DNA from: Candidatus Latescibacterota bacterium
Lineage (GTDB): Bacteria > Latescibacterota > UBA2968 > UBA8231
Length of the DNA stretch: 64,000 bases
Assembly (NCBI GenBank): GCA_965248265.1
Contig: CBDFJF010000002.1
Location: 2,912,001 to 2,976,000 of the forward strand
Direction: 5' to 3'
Of the stretch, positions 10,014 to 20,093 are shown piece after piece (the stretch's first letter is position 1; every line of letters begins with the position of its first letter). Below the pieces are notes generated by a model. It worked only from the letters and a program-made list of their open reading frames with translations. It was not told the DNA's origin and ran no database searches. Position numbers and translations under genes: made by a program.

Positions 10014-10360
10014 GAAACCTTATGTGAGTTCGGGTGCCAGATTGATTGGCAGAAGACTGCCATCATGGGAAGGATCTATACCCTTCACATCGACCGAGGC
10101 GGCAGTTTTCTCCAGTGACTGTTAGTGCGGGTCCGTCCTAAGCGTTCGTCTATATCACTTAACTATAAATGTTTATAGATAGTTACACTTGTGTCGATTG
10201 CCGGGTGTGCGGACGGTCACTGTAGAAGAAGCAAACAAAGGGCCAGTGCCGGGGAAGGGGAATGGCCGGCGAAAACGTATATACGTTGTCAATACGAATT
10301 GCGGTACGGTCGTCGCTCTTTTTGCAGGACTCCGAAATACTCCAGGACTGTCAGGGCATT

Positions 10361-11434
10361 CTAGGTGTAGAAGAAACGGCTGCGGCCGCCGACGGAGGTG
10401 AACAACTGGTAAGGGATAGTATCGGCATGTTCGGCCACGCGTTCAGCAGGCAAACCGTCCCCCCAGAGCAGGGCGGTTGAGCCAACCCCAGTACCCGGGT
10501 GGTCGGTCAAATCCACGGTGATCATGTCCATGGAAACGCGGCCGACGAGCGGCACCGTCTTTCCATCGACGACGACGGGTGTGCCGTTGGGTGCATGGCG
10601 GGGATAACCGTCGGCGTACCCGAAGGCAACGGTGCCGATGCGTGATTTGCGTTCGCTGCGCCAAGTACCGTTGTAACCGACGGCCTCACCCACCTCGATA
10701 TCGTGCACAGCGATGATCCGGCTCTGCAGCTGCATGACAGGACGCAACTGCCTGCTGAGGTTGTTGGCTTCGGAAAGGGGGTCGGCTCCGTAGAGCATGA
10801 TGCCGGGCCGGATCCACTCGGCATGGCTATGCTTGCAAGAAAGGATGGCCGCGGAGTTGGCGAGACTCCTGTCGACACCTGACAGGTTACTGGTTGCCCG
10901 CGAAAACTGCTTCAACTGGCTCTCGGTTGCGGTACTCTCATCTTCATCCGCTGACGAGAAGTGCGTCATCAGCCGAACTTCATCCACGTGCGGGCAGGCG
11001 CTGAGCTGGCCGTGAATGCGGCTGCAATCATCGGGCGGAATGCCGAGCCGATGCATCCCAGTGTCGAGCTTCAGCCATATCACCATGTGGGGAATACCGG
11101 CAGCCGCCGACATCGCTTCGATGCCCGTGGCGTCATGGACGACTGGCTGGAACCCGTGCTCGGCACAGGCTTCGACCTTCTCAGCATCCAACATTTCGCT
11201 GAGTACGACGACCGGTTCGTCGATGTCCGCCTGTCGCAGTTGCAGGGCCTCCTCCAGTCGGGCCACCGCATAGGCATCCGCTTGCGAAAGGGCCGCTGCT
11301 ACTTCGACAGCACCGTGGCCGTAGGCGTCGGCCTTGATGACGGCCATAATGTTGCTGCTCGGCGCCGCCTGGCGCGCGATGGCGAGGTTGTGGCGCAAGG
11401 CCTCAGCGCTGATTGTGGCCGTGACGAGAGACAT
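10361..11434 (-). CDS. alr: Alanine racemase
   Basis: AVIKADAYGHG PLP-lysine motif, KLDTGMHRLG, GYADGY, GRVSMD. Confidence 0.97.
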   Translation of the reverse strand: MSLVTATISAEALRHNLAIARQAAPSSNIMAVIKADAYGHGAVEVAAALSQADAYAVARLEEALQLRQADIDEPVVVLSEMLDAEKVEACAEHGFQPVVHDATGIEAMSAAAGIPHMVIWLKLDTGMHRLGIPPDDCSRIHGQLSACPHVDEVRLMTHFSSADEDESTATESQLKQFSRATSNLSGVDRSLANSAAILSCKHSHAEWIRPGIMLYGADPLSEANNLSRQLRPVMQLQSRIIAVHDIEVGEAVGYNGTWRSERKSRIGTVAFGYADGYPRHAPNGTPVVVDGKTVPLVGRVSMDMITVDLTDHPGTGVGSTALLWGDGLPAERVAEHADTIPYQLFTSVGGRSRFFYT

Positions 11435-11461
11435 GGCGGTATGAGCTCAGCGTCGCGGGCT

Positions 11462-12327
11462 TCAGCTCTGTCTCGGGATGGGCGTGCCGGCCGTCTTCAT
11501 GCGCACACTGTACACGGAGGTCATCGCCCCGACGAAGAGGGTGCGATTATCATCTCCGCCCCAGCCCATGTTGACGGATTGCTCTGGTAGACGGATTACA
11601 CCCAGTGAGGTACCATCCGGATCGATGGCGTAGATGCCTCCAGGACCGGTGCAGTAGACGCGCCCTTCCACATCCACCTTGACGCCATCCGGCACACCCG
11701 GTTCACCGGTGTCGGGGAAGTCGAAGAATCGACGCTGGTTGGACAAAGAGCCGTCCGCTTCGACGTCGAAGGCGTCCAGGAGCGCATCGGGACGGGTGTT
11801 CACCAGGTAGAAGGTCTTCTCGTCGGGAGAAAAGGCCAGGCCGTTCGGGTCCACGTAGGGATAGACCACCTGGTGCACTTCACCGTTCGGGGCAATTCGG
11901 TAGACCCCGTTGTGCACGAGATCCTGCTCATCCGGCTCCAGTCCCGCGGCCCCTCTATTCGTGAAATATAGGCTACCGTCGGAAGTCCCGACGACGTCAT
12001 TGGGGCGGTTCAAGCGCTTGTCGCCGAAATGCGTCGCGATGGGGGTGACGGTGCCATCGGCGTCCATTCGCGTAACCTGTCTGGTGATTTGCTCGCAGGC
12101 GATCAGACGACCCTGCAGGTCCAGGGTCAGTCCCGTGGCCCGCCCGGTGTTGTCGCGTACCAACTCTTTCTCCTGGCCGGGTACAACCTTCCAGATCTCG
12201 TGGGGGTCGCCGATTTCCGTGAACATGACGAAGCCCCGCGGATCCCACACCGGGCCCTCGGTGAACTGAACCCAGTGGCGATCTGCTCCGGGGCTGATTC
12301 GACAAGATCGTGCAAGCCTTCCGTCAT
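11462..12327 (-). pseudogene. SMP-30/gluconolactonase family gene with a 1-nt frameshift near 12268 (pseudogene or sequencing error)
   Basis: AAGGAGAGG SD then ATG at 12327 gives MTEGLHDLVESAPEQIATGF; the conserved (Q)FTEGPVWD continues in another frame; downstream PND, PNG and PDG motifs intact. Confidence 0.75.
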
Positions 12328-12358
12328 CCTACCTCTCCTTTGGTTCCATGGCCCCCAG

Positions 12359-13396
12359 TCATTCGGGTAGTTCGATGAACCGCAGCCGGTCATCCGCCGC
12401 GATATCCTTACCGCTGATCTTCTGCACTCGGGAAAGCCGGCCCCCGATGACATCGACGACTTCGACGACGGCAACCGGCAAGGCCGGGTCGAGGACATTA
12501 TTCAGTGCTCGGGCGCGCCCGGGCAATACGTGGAAGCGGTATCCCTGGTGCACGCCATTCTTGCTACCGATGTTGATGAAGATTTCCTCGCCCTCGACGG
12601 AGAGGATGTTGGCCCCTTCGCCCTCAATCTTGACGCCCGAGGGACGAATCGCATAGTCCAGACCATCCGCGAGCGCGGCGAAGGCTTCCGCCGTTGCCTG
12701 ACCAACCGCTGTTTCCAAGAAATCCGCCGAGCCGAAGTCCATCGTCCTCAGACCCACGAATTCCAGGTCCTGCTTTCGAGGACGGCCCAACAGATCGAGT
12801 CCCAATCCGCGATCGAGGACTTCAGACCTTTCGTTCACCTTGTCGAGGGGGACTCGATCACGCACGCGCAACAAGGTGACCTCCAATTCGGTTGTTCCCT
12901 TAAACGACTTATAGCCGCCCAACATGGCGTCACCCGCCTGCAACCGCTGGAAATTGTAGTCGAGCAAGGTTCCCCGACCGACATAGTCCGCATTTAACAG
13001 CTCGCCCACATCGCATGCCTCGTCGTTATTGTGCACGCGCGATCCCGTGGAGGCCAGCGCGTCGAGGACGACGTCATACGGGACGAGTCGCCATCGTTGC
13101 TGCTTCTCCATCTCCGTGGTCAGCAAACCCGGAACTTCGTCCTCCATGTCCCATCCATCGTGCTGGAACCCCGAATCATCCACGAAAGGCAGCAGGGCGA
13201 TGTAGGGCCGGTAAGCCCCGGTCGTATCTGGCACAGCCTCACGCTCGCTCAGGTACTGTTGCAGGACTGCTCCGATATTCTCATCCGCGGTTGCTGGTTT
13301 GGCAGAGGGGTCAGAGAGCAGTGTGGACAAGCTGGCACAGCTGATACCCAGAAGCCCCAGCATGATGGCGGGGATGCACTCACGCAGATGTGGCAT
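12359..13396 (-). CDS. CsgG/FlgT-like lipoprotein
   Basis: Lipobox GISC; IALLPF...G..LNADY.G.G CsgG/TolB-N-like region; C-terminal IFINIGSKNGVHQG resembles FlgT-C. Confidence 0.55.
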   Translation of the reverse strand: MPHLRECIPAIMLGLLGISCASLSTLLSDPSAKPATADENIGAVLQQYLSEREAVPDTTGAYRPYIALLPFVDDSGFQHDGWDMEDEVPGLLTTEMEKQQRWRLVPYDVVLDALASTGSRVHNNDEACDVGELLNADYVGRGTLLDYNFQRLQAGDAMLGGYKSFKGTTELEVTLLRVRDRVPLDKVNERSEVLDRGLGLDLLGRPRKQDLEFVGLRTMDFGSADFLETAVGQATAEAFAALADGLDYAIRPSGVKIEGEGANILSVEGEEIFINIGSKNGVHQGYRFHVLPGRARALNNVLDPALPVAVVEVVDVIGGRLSRVQKISGKDIAADDRLRFIELPE

Positions 13397-13567
13397 AGTT
13401 GGGATCGGTCGTTAGGGTGAAAGGCCTGCCAGTGGCGGCTGCAGGGATGTAAATGAAGAAACTACAACAGGTTTGAGTCAAATCCTGTCGTTGACCCCAT
13501 CCACGACTGCGGTGAACTTTGGCGATCTCCAACGGAAGAGCCATCAAACGGACGAGGCATACTACTG

Positions 13568-15949
13568 TTGCAATTCCGACAATTACCGAGGGGAATGAGG
13601 CTGGGGATTGTGCGGTTGAAGCTGTCATGTGTGGGTGTGGGAGTGTGGGTGATGCTCGTGGTGGTGGCTGGGAACGCAGCTGCGATCGAGAGGCCAACCC
13701 TGTCTGTTCCTGCTGATCTTCCCTCGCACTACGGGCTGCTCGGCGTCAGGATCGAGGCTGCCGGGGACACGGCAGTCGTGGTCGCTTCTACCATGCATGA
13801 CAGCCCTGCCGCAAGAGCCGGTTTGCGCCCAGGGGATCTGATCCTTGCCGCGGCCCAGTACCGAATCACCCAACCCAAGGATCTGTCCAGGTTCATACGA
13901 AGTCTGGAGCCTGACACGGAGGTTTCGCTGCTGATTGAGCGCAAAACTGAGCCCCCTGCCGTCAGCGAGCACCTGACAATTCCGTGCGTGGTCACGCATG
14001 TGAAGCGACTCTACTCGTTGATGAACGAGCATGGAACCGGATCGCCGGCGCAGGATCGTCCCCGCCATCTGCAATGGCTGGTGGCGCAAGATTCCCTGGA
14101 GATCACAGCCCTGAGTGTAGTAAGCCCGAGTCATACCCGGACCCTGGCGGATTTGCACCGGGCACTGGCCTTCGAGAGCGATCGCTACGGAGCCGATCTG
14201 CGCCTGTCCGATGTTCAGTTGGCACTGACCCGTCCACTGAAGGTCACGGCCATGGCCGACGAGCTATCGCGGGAAGTCTCCGGTCTTACCGATCTGAGTG
14301 CATACCTGCGACTTGCAACCGAAAGACTGGATCTGGAAACGGATTATGGGCACGCGCAGGACTCGATCGCGGACACTCTGGCTCTCGAGATGTTCAATCA
14401 ATCTGAGGGGCTCAAGGAGCTGACGCGCGAGTTGATGGTGCCATTCGTGCGAGCCCGCTGGCATGCTGAATCTGCATTCGATAACCTGTCCGACCAGGAA
14501 CATGAGAGCTTGCTGCGTCAGGTGCCGGCACTGTTGACCGAGTTCACACGCACGCGGGTCCTGGATGAAGGAGACAGTTCGACGACGGTCCTGCATGCGG
14601 GAACCTTGCGTCTTGCCAAGAGAGTGGATACAGCCGCACTTTTCGCCGCCGCAAGAGTCCTGGCGACACTGACTGAGCCAGCCGTGATGAAGCGGATCCG
14701 CAAGGCAGCGCGGTCGTTGCCTGCCGACGAAGTCGCCGATCTGCCCCCAACGTTTGGTGGGGAGTTTCTGTTCGCACGTGAGACCAAACGTGGTTGGATC
14801 CTCATCGGCGGTGACGGAGATAATTTCTACGGTGAGGATGCCGCCCTCATTATCGATCTGGGTGGCGACGATATCTATCTGAACAACTGTGGTGGCACCC
14901 TGTTCATCGCTGCCGAAGGCGAAGTCACCTATGAGCAGCAGTCTGCAGTCGGATTGCTGATCGATTTCGATGGAAACGACGAGTACGTCGGCAATGGCTG
15001 GGGGAGCATGGGAGCAGCCATCGGGGGCGTCAGCTTTCTAATCGATTTAAGGGGCGACGATTCTTACAGCGGCAGTTGGCTGACCCAGGGCTCGGCTTTC
15101 GGCGGCGTCGGCGTGCTGTGGGATCAAGAGGGTGATGACCGCTACAGCGCACGACAACCGGCACAGGCCGCCGCTTTCTTTGGTGCCGGCTTGCTGCTCG
15201 ATGGCTCAGGCACCGATCATTACGCGGCAGCCGAACAAGCCCAGGGCTTCGGAGGCGCAGCCGGCTTCGGTCTGCTGCATGATCGACGGGGTGATGACCG
15301 TTACATGGCCGATCGCGCAGCGCCTTCTTCCTACGGATCGGCCGGCATCTACCAGGGTTGGTCCCAGGGTGTGGGCTGCGGTTTTCGCCGCTCGGCGTCC
15401 GGAGGCATCGGAGCGCTAATCGACGGTGCAGGTGACGACGACTACCAGGCGGGCAATTTTTCGCAAGGGACCGGCTATTTCTTCGGTCTGGGCATGCTCG
15501 TCGATCGAGATGGAGATGATCGCTACAGGTCGAGTCGCTACAGTCAGGGATCAGCCGCCCACCAGGCTGTCGGCTGCTTGCTGGATATCAATGGTGACGA
15601 CGAGTACTTCGCCCGACAGGTCGCTAACCAGGGCGCTGCGTGGGATGCGGCGGTGGGTATTCTTGAAGATCGAGCCGGCGATGATGACTACCAGGGTGGG
15701 GGATTGGCCCAGGGAGCTGCTTCCATGAACGGCGTCGGTGTTCTCTTCGACTGGGCTGGGTCGGATCGTTACCGGGCCGTCAATGGCCAGGGAAGAGGCG
15801 GCAGTGTCGAGTACTGGGGCGGGCGCGATGCGCTCAACCTCGGAATCCTGATCGATACCGGAGGAGGGTCCGACAGCTACTCAGAGAAGGGACGCGGCGA
15901 TAACGCCGAGCAAGACTCCTCGAAGGTGGGTCTGTTCATGGATCGTTGA
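13568..15949 (+). CDS. Secreted PDZ-domain protein with about 12 D-x-x-G-D-D-x-Y repeats
   Basis: Signal-like N-terminus (start possibly 13595); LGV...SPAARAGLRPGDLI PDZ motif; repeated LxDxxGDDxY followed by Gly-rich QG segments. Confidence 0.7.
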   Translation: MQFRQLPRGMRLGIVRLKLSCVGVGVWVMLVVVAGNAAAIERPTLSVPADLPSHYGLLGVRIEAAGDTAVVVASTMHDSPAARAGLRPGDLILAAAQYRITQPKDLSRFIRSLEPDTEVSLLIERKTEPPAVSEHLTIPCVVTHVKRLYSLMNEHGTGSPAQDRPRHLQWLVAQDSLEITALSVVSPSHTRTLADLHRALAFESDRYGADLRLSDVQLALTRPLKVTAMADELSREVSGLTDLSAYLRLATERLDLETDYGHAQDSIADTLALEMFNQSEGLKELTRELMVPFVRARWHAESAFDNLSDQEHESLLRQVPALLTEFTRTRVLDEGDSSTTVLHAGTLRLAKRVDTAALFAAARVLATLTEPAVMKRIRKAARSLPADEVADLPPTFGGEFLFARETKRGWILIGGDGDNFYGEDAALIIDLGGDDIYLNNCGGTLFIAAEGEVTYEQQSAVGLLIDFDGNDEYVGNGWGSMGAAIGGVSFLIDLRGDDSYSGSWLTQGSAFGGVGVLWDQEGDDRYSARQPAQAAAFFGAGLLLDGSGTDHYAAAEQAQGFGGAAGFGLLHDRRGDDRYMADRAAPSSYGSAGIYQGWSQGVGCGFRRSASGGIGALIDGAGDDDYQAGNFSQGTGYFFGLGMLVDRDGDDRYRSSRYSQGSAAHQAVGCLLDINGDDEYFARQVANQGAAWDAAVGILEDRAGDDDYQGGGLAQGAASMNGVGVLFDWAGSDRYRAVNGQGRGGSVEYWGGRDALNLGILIDTGGGSDSYSEKGRGDNAEQDSSKVGLFMDR

Positions 15950-16014
15950 GGTTTTTGCACCGCCCACGTCGATATCACTTTCACATTCACGGCATGAACA
16001 GGGCTAAGGATCGG

Positions 16015-16977
16015 ATGAGAATATCAGTTTGGGGAAGTCTGGAAGACTCCTACTTGAAAGCCGTCACACAGATGGGAGCAGATTGTCTGGATTTCGGCAG
16101 TGGCAACAGCTTCCCGGGGGTAACGGAACAGGGTTATCCCGACCTCGACGAATTGGTGAGAATCAAGAGGAAGATTCACTCGTATGGACTGGAGATTAAC
16201 CGGGTTACCCTGCCCGATATCACCGACGCCTTCATGAAAGGGACCGACGAAGGGGAGGTCGAGCTCGAAAATACCTGCAACGCGCTCAAGGTGTTCGCGG
16301 AAGCAGGTGCGCCGATCGCGCGGCAGCGTTTTGCCGGTGACACCTTCAATGACCAACTCCTCCAATTCCAGGCCCCCCACCGCGGCGGCTACATGTCGCG
16401 GGCAGACAGCCTGGGGTTGAAGCGCGACAAGCCGGAGTTGCCCTCAGCAGAAGATTTGGAATTCTGGTGGAAATGTTTCTGCCGTATCTACGAGGGCCTT
16501 GTACCCATCGCCGAAGAGCACAACATCAGACTGGCAATGCATCCCTCCGATTCACCGCTACCGGATACCCCGCTAGGTGGCCTGGGGTTCCATCGCGTCA
16601 TCGACGGCTTCCCGAGCCGCAAGGTCGGTTATCTCTATTGTTGCGGCACCCGGGCCGAAGCCGGCGGTCTGCCGCTCGTCCTGGATGAGATTCACAACTA
16701 CGCCCGCAAGGGCCGCATTTTCATGGTTCATCTGCGCAACGTGCGCGGCAGCTTCGCCACAGCTGGTGGGTTCGAGGAAGTTCTGCTGGACGACGGTGAT
16801 ATGAACATGTTCAAGATCCTGTTGGAGCTGGACAAGCAGGGTTTCGATGGCTGCGTCAATCCCGACCACATACCGGACATCGAAGGGGATGGTCCGAACG
16901 TGTCGCAGGGATTGGGGTACTCGATCGGCTACATCAAGGCCTTGTTTGCCGCGCTGGCTGTGGTTCGGGGGAGGTAG
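16015..16977 (+). CDS. uxuA: Mannonate dehydratase family protein
   Basis: LVPIAEEHNIRLAMHPSD, HLRNVRG, FEE..LDDGDMNM, PDHIP, YSIGYIKAL; likely start MRISVWG after AAGGA. Confidence 0.75.
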   Translation: MRISVWGSLEDSYLKAVTQMGADCLDFGSGNSFPGVTEQGYPDLDELVRIKRKIHSYGLEINRVTLPDITDAFMKGTDEGEVELENTCNALKVFAEAGAPIARQRFAGDTFNDQLLQFQAPHRGGYMSRADSLGLKRDKPELPSAEDLEFWWKCFCRIYEGLVPIAEEHNIRLAMHPSDSPLPDTPLGGLGFHRVIDGFPSRKVGYLYCCGTRAEAGGLPLVLDEIHNYARKGRIFMVHLRNVRGSFATAGGFEEVLLDDGDMNMFKILLELDKQGFDGCVNPDHIPDIEGDGPNVSQGLGYSIGYIKALFAALAVVRGR

Positions 16978-16983
16978 TGGGGC

Positions 16984-17266
16984 ATGTTGTTAGTCGAGAT
17001 GGCATCGCCGGAAGTCTGCCGGAGAGACGGAGACCTCGATGATGATGGTGATCCGACCCGACCTGGTACGTGAGGACAAGCTCGATGCCGACGGTGAGCG
17101 TCCAGGCATGCGGGTTGATGGCGTCAGCTCCTACCATCGCTTCGACCAGCGCACTGCCCACGGCGGGGTTGGCGATCCGACCGTGGCACGGCGGAGAAAG
17201 GCGAGCGCATGTTGGAGGCCTCAGCGGCTGAGGTAGCCGAACAGGTGCTGCAGGTCAGGAAGCTGA
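16984..17266 (+). pseudogene. Internally deleted creatininase-family remnant
   Basis: MLLVEMASPEV joined to AGETETSMMMVIRPDLV...GGVGDPTVA/TAEKGERMLEA in other frames; aligns with the C-terminus of the intact gene at 38896; end coordinate approximate. Confidence 0.7.
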
Positions 17267-18166
17267 AGCCGTTCGCGCGATGACCTGGAGCGCTGCCGGG
17301 ACTACCTGGACCTCGAAGACGGCCTCCGCCTCGAAGACTTCCCCATCTACCTGGATGGGGCCCGGCTGGGAACGCTCGATGCGAATGGTCCGCCCGCGCG
17401 TGCGGCGAAGGTTGGAGAGACCGTCGATGCTGCCCATGAACAGTCGACGGCTGTCCCAGAGGAGTCTGAGGGCATGGCGAGCGCCCACCACGCGCAGGTC
17501 GAGTTCGCCGTCATCCATTCGGGCCCCGGGGGCGATGACCGCTCCATAGCCGAACTGGTCGCCGTTGGCGATGGTCAAGAGTGCCGGTGTCAGGCGCAGC
17601 GGCGCCTCGTCATCCACCGTTATAGTCACTTCGCCTGGCTGGAACTGCGTGGAGGCTTGAAGGGCAGCAGACAGGTAGGGGAGCAGACCGCGCCGTGACC
17701 GTATTCCGCGGTTGGCGTAGATCCAGCAGGTGAGCGCGTCGATGCCGATGCCTGCCGTGGTCAGGAAGCAATGGCCATCGATCGTCCCGGCGTCGATGGT
17801 GCGCGGACCTGAAACAGGGTCTGCAAACAGAAACCGGCAGGCATCACGGGGTCGCAGGGGCAGGCCAAGAGTACGGGCGAAGGCGTTGCCTGAACCTGTG
17901 GGGATGACACCGAGTACTGCTGCCGTATTCAGCAACGCACGTGACACCTCGTTGATGGTGCCGTCTCCGCCGACGGCGATGACGAGGCCGGTTCCCTCCT
18001 CGACGGCGGCGCGCGCCAGCTCTTCGGCGTGTCCGGGATGCTCTGTGTGGCGTACATCGACCGGCTTGAGACCGAGAGCGTCTTCGAGAATGCCGGCAAG
18101 GTCGACGTGATGGCGGCCGGCACTCCTGTTGACGATGAATCGAGCGGTTTCGAGGCGATCAGCCAT
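17255..18166 (-). CDS. Diacylglycerol/lipid kinase family protein (YegS/DagK-like)
   Basis: NRSAG, GGDGTINEV, PTGSGNAFAR, QVDGE. Confidence 0.9.
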   Translation of the reverse strand: MADRLETARFIVNRSAGRHHVDLAGILEDALGLKPVDVRHTEHPGHAEELARAAVEEGTGLVIAVGGDGTINEVSRALLNTAAVLGVIPTGSGNAFARTLGLPLRPRDACRFLFADPVSGPRTIDAGTIDGHCFLTTAGIGIDALTCWIYANRGIRSRRGLLPYLSAALQASTQFQPGEVTITVDDEAPLRLTPALLTIANGDQFGYGAVIAPGARMDDGELDLRVVGARHALRLLWDSRRLFMGSIDGLSNLRRTRGRTIRIERSQPGPIQVDGEVFEAEAVFEVQVVPAALQVIARTASAS

Positions 18167-18186
18167 CGCACCTGGCTGTTCCCTCT

Positions 18187-18504
18187 CTAGGGCACGAAAT
18201 TGCCGAAGACGAAGGCCTCTTCCATCACGCGGAAGACAATCTGGCCGTCGTCATCGGTTACAAGCATGTTGGCCATGTAGTCGCTCCACTTCACCAGGGC
18301 CGGATGCTCGCGGCTCTTGAGCCAGTCCTGCTCCGTGGGTGCGGTGGCGTGCAGGAACAGCTGCTCGCCGAAGCGAAAGATCGCCATGTCGACGCCGTTG
18401 TCGCTCATGCTTGCGGCAATCTCTGGCCAGAGGTCATCGTGGGCTTGCTTGTACTCGGGATAGCTGCCGGGCCGCAGGTCGAAGGTCATGCCGATGTTAT
18501 ACAA
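18187..18504 (-). CDS. rhaM: L-rhamnose mutarotase family protein
   Basis: EYKQAHDDLWPE, KWSDYM, MEEAFVF; 105 aa. Confidence 0.8.
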   Translation of the reverse strand: MYNIGMTFDLRPGSYPEYKQAHDDLWPEIAASMSDNGVDMAIFRFGEQLFLHATAPTEQDWLKSREHPALVKWSDYMANMLVTDDDGQIVFRVMEEAFVFGNFVP

Positions 18505-18543
18505 TGTTCAGTCTCCAGTTTCTCTGATGATTTCTCTGATAGT

Positions 18544-19776
18544 TCATCGAATACTGTAATACGTAGCGTAGAAATTCGCTCCACCACGATTGATCCACTG
18601 GCGATCCGTGCGTTTGTCGCCGAAGCGATCAATGTCAAATTCGCCATCGACTGCCTCATTTCCGGGATCACCCTCGAGGATCCAGGAGCTGATCCAACGG
18701 CCAACGGCGGCCGAGCCAGCGATGCCGAGCGCGGCGCAGCCGCTGGCGCAGAACAGACCGGCCACGCCAGGAACCGGTCCCAGCATGTAATTGCCATCCG
18801 GGGCAAACGTGGTCACGCCCTGTCTTCGCTCGGTGATGTCGAGCTGCTGCAGTACCGGGAAAACCGGTGACAGCCGGCGCAGCGCTTCTGCCATCGTCTC
18901 CACCGGAGGTTCGAGATCATTCGTCGTGAAGCGCGAAGGCGGCTCGTCGATGTCGACGAGGGTCGGTTCCGGTTCGAAGAATCCGTACAGGTACCCACCC
19001 GCTTCGGGACGCAGGTAGCAGCTCTCGTCAGTGACGCGGACGACGGGATGGTGTGACGGAATGCCAGGCTGCGGAACGGTGCAGACCCGTTGGTGGCGAA
19101 TCGTCGCCACGGTCAGTTCGTACTCCGCCCATTCGCGCAGTAGGTTCGCCGTCCAAGGCCCTCCCGTGAGCACGACGGCGTCAGCGCCGATCGAACCCTC
19201 AGCGGTGCGCACGCCAGCAACGGTTCCCGATTCGACATCCAGGCCGGTAACCGGAGTCCCGCACTGGAAGCGAACGCCGAGTTCGCGCGCCGCGGCCGCA
19301 TAACCCAGAGCACACAGGCTGGGATCGACATACCCATCGCCAGCGACGACGAAGCCACCGGTCAGGGCAGACACATTCATGTGCGGGGCCAGTCGTTCCA
19401 TCTCCTGATTCGATACGAACTCAGCCTCCAGACCATTCTCCCGGCCGTTCTCGACCTGCAACGCGTAGGCTTCCATGCGGGCATCTGTCAGGGCCACCAT
19501 CAGGCTTCCGGGCCGGCGCAGTCCCAGGTCGTAGCCGGTTTCCTCGGTGAATTCGGTGAACAGCTGGAGGGTGTATTGAATGGCGCCGCACATGGTCGCT
19601 GACTCGCGGATCTGGCCGACCAGGCCAGCGGCACGTGGGGTGGTTTCGGCGGCCACCTGGTCGTTGCGCTCGATGAGGGTTACCTGGCAGGAGCCCGCAC
19701 GCGCCAGGTGGTAGGCAGTACTCAAACCCCAGATGCCACCTCCGACCACGACGACGCGGGTGGTGTCAGTCGCCAT
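18544..19776 (-). CDS. FAD-dependent oxidoreductase (DAO / sarcosine-dimethylglycine dehydrogenase N-domain-like)
   Basis: VVVGGGIWGLSTAYHLA, TT.RAAG, DGYVDP, FAPDG..MLG. Confidence 0.85.
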   Translation of the reverse strand: MATDTTRVVVVGGGIWGLSTAYHLARAGSCQVTLIERNDQVAAETTPRAAGLVGQIRESATMCGAIQYTLQLFTEFTEETGYDLGLRRPGSLMVALTDARMEAYALQVENGRENGLEAEFVSNQEMERLAPHMNVSALTGGFVVAGDGYVDPSLCALGYAAAARELGVRFQCGTPVTGLDVESGTVAGVRTAEGSIGADAVVLTGGPWTANLLREWAEYELTVATIRHQRVCTVPQPGIPSHHPVVRVTDESCYLRPEAGGYLYGFFEPEPTLVDIDEPPSRFTTNDLEPPVETMAEALRRLSPVFPVLQQLDITERRQGVTTFAPDGNYMLGPVPGVAGLFCASGCAALGIAGSAAVGRWISSWILEGDPGNEAVDGEFDIDRFGDKRTDRQWINRGGANFYATYYSIR

Positions 19777-19871
19777 ACCCGGACTCCAGCCCCCATTCCC
19801 GTTCAGCAGTCACTCCGGTACATTGACCCATAGAGACGGGATTGGCGTAACCAACGAGAGGGCGTGGCAAC

Positions 19872-20068
19872 ATGTAGATCCTCTTTTTCATCGGTGTCGG
19901 CGTGATGGTAGTCGTCTTGGTGTCGGTCATGGCGTACGTGGCGATGCACCAACCAGATGATGTGGAGGAAAAGAAGGATATTGTCGAGGTGCCACCAACC
20001 GACGAGATATCAGCCGAAGCGTCGGATGTGACAGCGGCAGAAAAAAGGAGATTGGAGCCGCCGCGTAG
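19872..20068 (+). pseudogene. Small single-TM membrane protein gene with TAG at codon 2 and a probable frameshift
   Basis: GAGAGGG SD, ATG-TAG-ILFFIGVGVMVVVLVSVMAYVAM then an acidic tail; one extra A in the run near 20041 gives EKKEIGAAA*. Confidence 0.45.
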
Positions 20069-20093
20069 GTGGCATCCAGCAGACTCTGTGCGG

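Noticed and set aside
19875-19877. Pyrrolysine or stop-codon reassignment
   Set aside because: TAG terminates many genes in this window and no pyl genes are present
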